DNA from: Deltaproteobacteria bacterium
GTDB taxonomy: Bacteria; Desulfobacterota; Deferrisomatia; Deferrisomatales; BM512
Direction of reading: 5' to 3'
DNA length: 64,000 nt
NCBI GenBank assembly: GCA_030591565.1
Contig: JAUVAU010000002.1
Location: 12,856 to 76,855, forward strand
Shown here: one piece after another, positions 1 to 6,841 of the stretch
Layout: each line of letters begins with the position of its first letter
Position numbering within the stretch: the stretch's first letter is position 1
Program-made: the position numbers and the translations under genes
The notes under the pieces: model-generated
Database searches by the model: none
Told to the model about the DNA's origin: nothing
The model's input: the letters and a program-made list of their open reading frames with translations, nothing else

Positions 1-1058
1 GCAGGGGTTCAATCTTCAGCCGGGGGTTCAGCCTCTCGGAGCAGGCGCTCATAACCCGTCAGCTCGCCACCCTGCTTGACGCAGGGCTGCCGCTGGTGGA
101 CGCGCTTGGCTCACTGCTGGAGCAGATAGAATCCGAGCGCCCGCGCCTCATCCTCACCCAGGTGCGAGAGAGGGTCAACGAGGGCACATCGTTCCATGAG
201 GCGCTTGGCGACCACCCCAGCGTATTTTCCGACCTCTATCGCAACATGGTCCGGGCAGGTGAGTCCAGCGGGACGCTGGCGCTCGTTCTTGAGCAGCTGG
301 CCGATCTCCTGGAGAGCTCGCTAGAGCTGCGCAGGAAGATCCAGTCGGCCATGGCCTATCCGATCCTCATGTCGGCTGTCGCCGTCATCATCCTCTCGCT
401 CCTCATGATTAAGGTCGTGCCCCAGCTCACCCAGGTCTTCGACAACATGGGCCGCGAGCTGCCCCCCTCCACCAAGGCGCTGCTGGCTTTTAGCGGCTAC
501 GCCCAGAGCTACTGGCCCTTTGCGCTGATAGCCTGCATCGGGCTGGGTTTCGCCTATATCTCCTACAACCGCACGGCGGCGGGCAGGATGAAGATAGACG
601 CGATCAAGTTGGGCATCCCCAGGGTGGGTGGGCTGGTGCGCTTGACCGCACAGGCCCGCTTTGCACGGACGCTGGGAGCGCTCCTCTCCGCAGGGGTGCC
701 GCTCCTCGACTCACTCTCCATCTGCAAGCCGGTGGTGGGCAACAGGGTCATAGAAGCGGCGATAGATGAGGTGGGCGAGGATGTCAGGGAGGGCCTCAGC
801 CTCCATGAGGCGATGAGGCTCACCGGACAGTTCCCCTCGGAGGTGCGCCAGATGGTCGCCGTGGGCGAGGATAGCGGTGCGCTCGACAAGATGCTGATGA
901 AGGTGGCCCACTCCTTTGAGGGTCGTCTTGATGGTGTGGTGGTCGCCTTGACTTCGATTCTTGAGCCACTTATGATCCTCGCCATGGGCGCAGCGGTGGG
1001 GTTTGTCGTCTTCGCAATTATGAGCCCGATTGTAGATATGTCCGGAGCCATTCAATGA
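1..1058 (+). CDS. gspF: Type II secretion inner-membrane platform protein GspF (5' end cut by window edge)
   Basis: Frame 3 is open from base 3 (..FSLSEQALITRQLATLLDAGLPLVDAL..), so the Met at 96 is internal. The sequence is a polytopic GspF/PilC-type protein. Its stop overlaps the next ORF (ATGA) and pseudopilin genes follow. Confidence 0.85.
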   Translation, partial: RGSIFSRGFSLSEQALITRQLATLLDAGLPLVDALGSLLEQIESERPRLILTQVRERVNEGTSFHEALGDHPSVFSDLYRNMVRAGESSGTLALVLEQLADLLESSLELRRKIQSAMAYPILMSAVAVIILSLLMIKVVPQLTQVFDNMGRELPPSTKALLAFSGYAQSYWPFALIACIGLGFAYISYNRTAAGRMKIDAIKLGIPRVGGLVRLTAQARFARTLGALLSAGVPLLDSLSICKPVVGNRVIEAAIDEVGEDVREGLSLHEAMRLTGQFPSEVRQMVAVGEDSGALDKMLMKVAHSFEGRLDGVVVALTSILEPLMILAMGAAVGFVVFAIMSPIVDMSGAIQ

Positions 1059-1078
1059 GAGTAAAGGCAGGTAGGGAT

Positions 1079-1510
1079 ATGATGAGAAGCAGCCGCAGTG
1101 GCATGACATTGATAGAGTTGATGGTAGTGCTTGTGATCCTCGGCCTCTTGGCCGCGCTGGTCTACCCGAAGGTGGCCGGGCAGGGGCAAAAAGCCAGGGT
1201 AGATGCGACCAAGGCCCAGATCAGGCTGCTTGAGGACGCGCTTCAGCGCTTTGAGGTGGACAATGGCTTCTATCCCACCACCGAGCAGGGGCTTAGCGCG
1301 CTGGTGGCCATGCCCGCCTCGGGCAGGGAGCTCAATAACTGGCAGGAGGGTGGTTATCTCTCCAAGTCCAGTGTGCCGAAGGACCCCTGGGGCAATGATT
1401 TTCGCTACGTGAGCCCCGGAGCCAACGGCTCCATCGACATCTCTTCCTACGGAGCCGATGGGCTACCCGGCGGAGATGGCACCTCGGCTGATATAAACAA
1501 CTGGGAGTGA
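1079..1510 (+). CDS. gspG: Type II secretion major pseudopilin GspG
   Basis: Prepilin leader MMRSSRSG|MTLIELMVVLVILGLLAAL, then the GspG-typical ..KARVDATKAQIRLLEDAL..F..DNGFYPTTEQGL..PKDPWGN.F.Y. The ORF opens at 1055; ATG 1079 gives a normal-length leader, so the start is uncertain. Confidence 0.9.
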   Translation: MMRSSRSGMTLIELMVVLVILGLLAALVYPKVAGQGQKARVDATKAQIRLLEDALQRFEVDNGFYPTTEQGLSALVAMPASGRELNNWQEGGYLSKSSVPKDPWGNDFRYVSPGANGSIDISSYGADGLPGGDGTSADINNWE

Positions 1511-1517
1511 GGATAAA

Positions 1518-2056
1518 GTGGGCAGCCATCCGATATTGAACCGCAAAAAGAGCGGGTTTACGCTGATTGAGCTGATGGTGGTCATCGCGATCATCGCCGT
1601 CGCCTATGCGATCATCGCGCCGCGCCTGCCCAAGCTGGCCTCCACCCAGCGTTCGGAGACCATCAAGAAGATTGCCTACACCTGCGAGGCGATGTTTGAG
1701 CACGCCGCCGCTAAAAAAAAAGTCTAGCCCTCATCTACGAGTTTGAAGAGCAGAAGATCTGGGCCGGTCAATTCGATGACACCACCCTCAAATATGAACC
1801 ATCGCCCGGGTTGCCCATTGACGAGCTGCTGCTCCCCGAAGGGCTGAAACTGGTGGATGTGGAGAACCCCCTTGATGGCCGAGTTTATGATGGCCGCGCG
1901 CTGACCAGGTTTGTCCCGCAGGGGTACGCGACGCCCACCTGGATTCACCTGGAAACCGAGCAGGACGAGGTGAAGTATACTCTTATCGTTCACCCTCTAA
2001 CCGGCAGGACGGAGATACGCGATGGCCGTATCGAAATGGAGCGAAAAGGGTTTTAG
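1518..2056 (+). pseudogene. gspH: GspH-like minor pseudopilin, reading frame broken at an A9 homopolymer (1713-1721)
   Basis: GTG 1518 gives MGSHPILNRKKSG|FTLIELMVVIAIIAV.., which stops at 1725-1727 right after the A9 run. The -1 frame continues KKSLALIYEFEEQKIWAGQFDD..LIVHPLTGRTEIRDGRIE to 2056, and the two parts together make a normal ~179-aa GspH. This may be a sequencing error, phase variation or programmed slippage. Confidence 0.6.
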
Positions 2057-2471
2057 TCTGCTGGAACTGATGGTGGCCCTGGGCATCTTCGCCACGGCGG
2101 TGGTCACCCTCATAACAGTTCAGACAGCTTCGGCTCGCAATATGGCTTCGGCTCGCCACAAGTTTGTCGCCGCCACCCTGGCCCGAGAGCTGCTGGCGCA
2201 GGTGGAGATAGATGGTCTGCCCTCATTCGATGAATCCGATGGCGATTTTGGCGAAGATTTTCCCGAATACACCTGGGAGGTCAAGGTCGAGCAGGCCACC
2301 ATCGACCCGGCGCTGATAGCGGCGGCCTCCGATCTCAATCCCGGCCTCAATATCGACGACAACATCCTCTTCGTCCCCGACGCGCTTAAACAAGTGAACC
2401 TCACTGTGGTGTGGCTGGAGCAGGGCCACCGCCGCAAGGCCACGGTCACCTATTTCGCGGTGGCTCAATGA
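2022..2471 (+). CDS. gspI: Type II secretion minor pseudopilin GspI
   Basis: Leader MAVSKWSEKG|FSLLELMVALGIFATAVV. The size (149 aa) and the position between gspH and gspJ fit GspI. Confidence 0.8.
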   Translation: MAVSKWSEKGFSLLELMVALGIFATAVVTLITVQTASARNMASARHKFVAATLARELLAQVEIDGLPSFDESDGDFGEDFPEYTWEVKVEQATIDPALIAAASDLNPGLNIDDNILFVPDALKQVNLTVVWLEQGHRRKATVTYFAVAQ

Positions 2472-3154
2472 AGCAGCGCGGCGGGTTCACGCTCATAGAG
2501 CTGCTGGTGGGTCTTGCCATACTGGCCCTGCTGGCGGGGATGATAAGCGGCATCTTCTCCTCTTCGGCGAGGTTCAGGAAAGCCACGGAGGAGCGCACCG
2601 CGAGGGTTCATGCGGCCTCGGTCACCCTCACCAGACTCGCCGACGAGCTGGCGATGGCCTATTACGAATCCCAGTACGCCGAGTCCAGCGGATTTTTCCT
2701 GAGCACCTCCTCGGATGAGCATTCAACCCTGGAGTTCACCGGACGCACGGTGCGGATTCCCACCATAAGGGTGGGCGGAGATACGCGGCTTCGCTATGAA
2801 CTTGAAAAAGATTCCGACAATTACGACGCCGGTTATATCCTCAAGCGCACTGAATCCAATGTGCTGGATGCGGACCTTGACGTGGAGGGCGTCAGCTACG
2901 AGATGCTGCACGAAGTGGCTAAATTCAAGGTGGAATGTTACGACGGCGGCGAGTGGACGACGAGCTGGGAGATGTTGGCCTCCACAGCGGGAGACCCCCC
3001 CGAGATGCCCCTGGCGGTGCGCGTGACCCTGGCGTTGAAAGAAAACGCGGAGGACGAAGAGGGGCGGACGGTTCTGCGGACGATGACGCCGATTTATGGA
3101 AAAGGGAGAAAGCCGAAGCAACAAGGTGCTGCTCCTGGTGGGGGTACCCCATGA
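2468..3154 (+). CDS. gspJ: Type II secretion minor pseudopilin GspJ
   Basis: MKQRGG|FTLIELLVGLAILALL. ATG 2468 overlaps the gspI stop (ATGA). The size (228 aa) and operon position fit. The longer ORF from 2411 is rejected as an N-terminal extension. Confidence 0.8.
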   Translation: MKQRGGFTLIELLVGLAILALLAGMISGIFSSSARFRKATEERTARVHAASVTLTRLADELAMAYYESQYAESSGFFLSTSSDEHSTLEFTGRTVRIPTIRVGGDTRLRYELEKDSDNYDAGYILKRTESNVLDADLDVEGVSYEMLHEVAKFKVECYDGGEWTTSWEMLASTAGDPPEMPLAVRVTLALKENAEDEEGRTVLRTMTPIYGKGRKPKQQGAAPGGGTP

Positions 3155-4074
3155 TGCGCGCCAGACGTGGTGGGGCGCTTCTGCTCGTAATTGTCATAGT
3201 GGGGCTGATGTCGGTGCTCGTCGTATCTTCATTCAGGCGTGCCCAGATGGAAGCTATTGCTGCGGAGAATACGCTCAACGCCACCCGCGCCCATGCGCTC
3301 ACCCTCTCGGGTTACGCTGCCGCAGCTGTCCTGCTGCTGGCCGATGCGGATGAGGCCACCCCGGCGGACAACAGGACCGAGTTCTGGTACGCGGGCGACG
3401 ACCCCGGCGATATTTTTCCCATCCCGGTTGGCGAACATCTCGTGACGATCCGCATCGAGGATGAATACGGCAAGTTCCCCCTTGGCGCGCTGGTCAAGGA
3501 TGATGGGAAGCAAAATGCCGACACGATAGATGCGTACGCCAGGTTCATCGAGGCGCTTGAGCTGGAAGAGGTAGATGAGGAGCAACTGGTCTGGGCGCTT
3601 GTGGACTGGATAGATGATGACTCCACCGACGACCAGTATGAGTATAATGATGATTTCGATGTGCCCAACAGGCCGTTGACCCATGTGGATGAGCTGGCGA
3701 GGATCGAGGGGTACTCCGAGCTCTCGGCGGATAACCTCAAGAAAATTACCGACCGGGTGAGCGAGCGGGACGGTAAATGGATAAACGTGAACACCGCTTC
3801 GGCTGAGGTGCTCTATTCCATGCATCCCGACTTAAGCCTTGATGACGCCTATGAACTCTATGACCTCCTGGGTGAAACGCCTGACGAAAAAGATAATGTA
3901 CTCGTCCCCCTGATGCCAAAAGCGGATAGATACATGGATGCCGTGGACAACAGCAATCTTTACAGCGTGGCGATAAGCGCCGATGTGAAAGGTGTGCAGC
4001 GCAAAGCCGACTGCATCATCGAGCGTTCAAGAAAACCCCCGACGGTGCGCCTTGTGTGGTGGTCGCAGTACTGA
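3151..4074 (+). CDS. gspK: Type II secretion minor pseudopilin GspK
   Basis: MMRARRGGALLLVIVIVGLMSVLVV.., followed by GspK-like ..DWIDDD..D...NRPL.HVDELARIEG.. and INVNTASAEVL helix-hairpin-helix-like segments. ATG 3151 overlaps the gspJ stop (ATGA). Confidence 0.85.
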   Translation: MMRARRGGALLLVIVIVGLMSVLVVSSFRRAQMEAIAAENTLNATRAHALTLSGYAAAAVLLLADADEATPADNRTEFWYAGDDPGDIFPIPVGEHLVTIRIEDEYGKFPLGALVKDDGKQNADTIDAYARFIEALELEEVDEEQLVWALVDWIDDDSTDDQYEYNDDFDVPNRPLTHVDELARIEGYSELSADNLKKITDRVSERDGKWINVNTASAEVLYSMHPDLSLDDAYELYDLLGETPDEKDNVLVPLMPKADRYMDAVDNSNLYSVAISADVKGVQRKADCIIERSRKPPTVRLVWWSQY

Positions 4075-4123
4075 TTGGTGTATTATTTCGTAGCACGATA
4101 TTGGGGGGACCGATGGAGCCGAG

Positions 4124-4345
4124 ATGTTGAACTGGAAGAATTACACCGGCAGGGAAGTGATCGTTATGGCGGGGGGGATTTCATACTCCGGCACCCTTGT
4201 GGAGATGAGCGAAAACGCCGTGGTATTGCGCTCATCGGCGGGATTCAGGGAGATTCCCATGGAAAGGGTGACCTCCCTGGAGCTTGAAGATGGTGGCGAC
4301 GGCAAGGGTGGCTTCGCCTCCCCGAGTCCGCTCGGCTTTTCATGA
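4124..4345 (+). CDS. Small hypothetical protein (73 aa) with an Sm/LSm-like pattern
   Basis: GGAG lies 7 nt upstream of the ATG. The pattern GREVIVMAGGISYSGTLVEMSENAVVLRS..REIPMERVTSLE resembles small Sm-fold proteins. I recognise no family with confidence. Confidence 0.35.
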   Translation: MLNWKNYTGREVIVMAGGISYSGTLVEMSENAVVLRSSAGFREIPMERVTSLELEDGGDGKGGFASPSPLGFS

Positions 4346-4381
4346 TTTGCGACACGATTTCACAAAAGTGAATCCAATTAT

Positions 4382-6292
4382 ATGAATCCCCCCGAAAAAA
4401 CCACCGGAGAGCTTTTCTCCACCCAGGGCCCGTTGGCTGAGTTGATAGATGGCTACGTCGAGCGCTACGATCAGCTGCTCTTCGCCGACGAGGCGCTCCG
4501 CGCCATCAAGGCGGGGCAGGTGCTATTGGCCGAGGCGGGCACCGGCACCGGCAAGACCCTGGCCTATCTGGCCGCCGCCGTCATGTGCGGTAAAAAGGTG
4601 GTCATCTCCACAGCCACCAAGACCCTTCAGGACCAGATACTTGAGCGCGACATCCCCCTGCTCAGGAAGGCGCTCTCCATCGACATCTCTGCGGTGCTGC
4701 TAAAGGGCAGGGAGAACTACCTGTGTCTGAGGCGCTTTGGGCGCTACCGCAAGCAGACGACCCTCGACATTGGCGGTTCCGCCGGTGATTCCCTCTCCCA
4801 CTGGGCGGTGACGACCGAGACGGGCGACCGGGCCGAGCTGACCGAGTTGCCGGAAGCCTTCGACGACTGGGGGCGGATAAGCGCCACTTCCGAGAGCTGT
4901 ATCGGCCAAAAATGCACCAGTTACGATAAATGCTTCCTCTTCAAGAGGCGAAAGCTGGCCCAGCGCGCCAGGATAGTCGTCGTGAATCACCATCTCTTCT
5001 TCGCCGATCTGGCCGTGCGCGCCGCCTCGGGGGGCGAGGTGCTGCCCCGGTACAGCGTGGTCATCTTCGACGAGGGGCACCACCTTGAAGCTGTCTCCAC
5101 CCAATACTTCGGCACGAGGATAAGCTCCCACCAGTTCGCCGAACTGGTGCGCGACGCGGTGGCGTTGTGGGGCGCACCCAAGCATATCCCCGAACCCTGC
5201 GCGGTTAGCATCGACGGGCTGGAACGCTCGGTCCAATCCTTCTGGGCGTCGCTGACCGCCCCCGAAGGCTCGCGGCGGTTGAAGGGTGGACTCAAAGGTG
5301 AACCGGGCAAGCGGCTCATCCATCTGGAGGGGGCCATAACCCAGTGGTTGGCAGCTATGGGTAAAGCGGCCCCGGCCCATCTGGACACCGATGGGCTGGA
5401 GAGGAGGGGACGAAGCCTTCTCGCCGATCTTGGCCTGTTCAAAGAAAAAACCGTCCCCGGCGAGGTGCGCTGGTTCGAGCGGCGGGGGCGTATCGCGCTC
5501 CTGACCTCGGTGCCGGTGGATGTAGCGGAGACTTTGTCGAAGCTCCTCTTCAAGCCCGGTTTACCAGTGATAATCACCTCCGCCACGCTACGCGTCGGCG
5601 GCGATTTCAGCTATCTGAGAAGCCGCCTTGGTGTGCCCGAGGGCGCAGGCGAGCTGGTGGCGGGGGGGTCCTTTGACTATGAGCACAATTGCATGGTCTA
5701 TGTGCCCGAGAAATTCGCAGACCCCAACTCCAACGAGTTCCCCCAAGCGGTCGCCGATGAGATAGAACGGATCGTCGGCGAGACCAGGGGCAGGGCGTTT
5801 TGCCTTTTTACCTCATACAGGGTGTTGAACGAGGCCGCCGCGCGGCTCAAGGGGCGGCTGCCCTACACGCTGCTTGTCCAGGGCGACGCTCCCAGAAACA
5901 AGCTGCTTGATGATTTCAGGAACGACACCAGCTCGGTTCTTCTTGGCGCGCAGTCCTTCTGGGAGGGGGTGGATGTGCCGGGCGAGGCGCTCTCTGCGGT
6001 TATCATCGACCGGCTGCCATTTTCCAGCCCCGGCGACCCCCTGGTGGAGGCGCGTATAGAAAAAATTACCAGCGAAGGACACTCCGCCTTCGCCAAATAC
6101 CAGCTCCCGGTGGCCGCCATGGCGCTTCGCCAGGGGTTTGGCCGTCTCATCCGCAGAACCGACGACAGGGGGATAGTCGCCATCCTGGACCGGCGCTTTC
6201 TTGAGCGCTCCTATGGTGGTTATTTTAAGAAAAGCCTTCCAAAAGCACCCATTACCAGTGATTTTTCGTCAATAAAGAGGTTTTTAAAGTGA
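4382..6292 (+). CDS. dinG: DinG/Rad3(XPD)-family ATP-dependent DNA helicase with Fe-S cluster cysteines
   Basis: Walker A AGTGTGKTLAYL, DEGHHLE box (DEAH-type), four Cys (C..LRRF, SCIGQKCTSYDKC) in the helicase domain 1 insertion, and C-terminal ..LLGAQSFWEGVDVPG..IIDRLPF motifs. Confidence 0.85.
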   Translation: MNPPEKTTGELFSTQGPLAELIDGYVERYDQLLFADEALRAIKAGQVLLAEAGTGTGKTLAYLAAAVMCGKKVVISTATKTLQDQILERDIPLLRKALSIDISAVLLKGRENYLCLRRFGRYRKQTTLDIGGSAGDSLSHWAVTTETGDRAELTELPEAFDDWGRISATSESCIGQKCTSYDKCFLFKRRKLAQRARIVVVNHHLFFADLAVRAASGGEVLPRYSVVIFDEGHHLEAVSTQYFGTRISSHQFAELVRDAVALWGAPKHIPEPCAVSIDGLERSVQSFWASLTAPEGSRRLKGGLKGEPGKRLIHLEGAITQWLAAMGKAAPAHLDTDGLERRGRSLLADLGLFKEKTVPGEVRWFERRGRIALLTSVPVDVAETLSKLLFKPGLPVIITSATLRVGGDFSYLRSRLGVPEGAGELVAGGSFDYEHNCMVYVPEKFADPNSNEFPQAVADEIERIVGETRGRAFCLFTSYRVLNEAAARLKGRLPYTLLVQGDAPRNKLLDDFRNDTSSVLLGAQSFWEGVDVPGEALSAVIIDRLPFSSPGDPLVEARIEKITSEGHSAFAKYQLPVAAMALRQGFGRLIRRTDDRGIVAILDRRFLERSYGGYFKKSLPKAPITSDFSSIKRFLK

Positions 6293-6302
6293 TTTTGACC
6301 GG

Positions 6303-6331
6303 TTGACGGTTGGAAAAAGCGTGATTATGAT
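6303..6331 (+). promoter_or_regulatory. Sigma70-like promoter upstream of hsp20-lon
   Basis: TTGACG (6303-6308), 17-nt spacer, TATGAT (6326-6331), about 58 nt upstream of the hsp20 ATG. This is a hexamer match only. Confidence 0.35.
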
Positions 6332-6388
6332 CGCTTCAGGGCCAAGGTGTTGTCATTGGCGCTGTGCTAACTCTTTTGAAAGCGAAAA

Positions 6389-6826
6389 ATGACCCGAATA
6401 CCCAAAGACCTCCTTGCACGTCTTGAGTATTTCCACGTTGAGGTGGACCAGCTCTTCCAGCGGCTTTTCGGCGCAGACCTTGGTGTCGGCCTTGAGCATG
6501 ACGAAACCATGCCGTGTCTGGACCTGCTGGAAAACGATGACGAGCTGATAGTGCGCATTGACCTTCCCGGAGTAAAGCGGGAAGCGGTGGAGCTGCACGC
6601 CGGGCCAAACTTCATCGTCATCAAGGGTGAGAAGATTCAGCCCGAACTTCAGCTTGAGTGCTTGCGTGTGGAGAGGTCCTTTGGCAAGTTCCAGCGGATG
6701 ATCCCGCTGCCCTCAACTGCCGATGCGGGGGGGGTGCGTGCCAAAATGGCCCACGGCGTGCTCGAAGCCCACATACCCAAACTAAAGGACCGCCGTAAAA
6801 GTCGTCGGCGGATTCCAATAAAGTAA
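6389..6826 (+). CDS. Hsp20/alpha-crystallin family small heat-shock protein
   Basis: Alpha-crystallin domain pattern ..DLLENDDELIVRIDLPGVKREAVELH...L.IKGEK......RVERSFGKFQRMIPLP..AD..GVRAKMAHGVLEAHIPK. Confidence 0.85.
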   Translation: MTRIPKDLLARLEYFHVEVDQLFQRLFGADLGVGLEHDETMPCLDLLENDDELIVRIDLPGVKREAVELHAGPNFIVIKGEKIQPELQLECLRVERSFGKFQRMIPLPSTADAGGVRAKMAHGVLEAHIPKLKDRRKSRRRIPIK

Positions 6827-6841
6827 AAGGGAGAAATTGTG

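Noticed and set aside
2935-3150. N-terminal extensions of listed ORFs (gspK from 2935, gspJ from 2411, cytochrome from 18096, pilB from 34894, ribF from 36692, gatA from 54797, gatC from 55129, YHS protein from 44010, TPR from 49902)
   Set aside because: The extensions overlap the upstream gene and have non-protein-like composition. Internal ATGs with good SD sequences give family-typical N-termini (prepilin leaders, signal peptide, conserved first motifs).
6332-6388. Possible RNA thermometer, CIRCE or sigma32 element in the hsp20 leader
   Set aside because: No TTAGCACTC-N9-GAGTGCTAA inverted repeat is present. No convincing CTTGAAA/CCCCAT pair lies upstream of the start, and no stable SD-masking hairpin could be drawn by hand.
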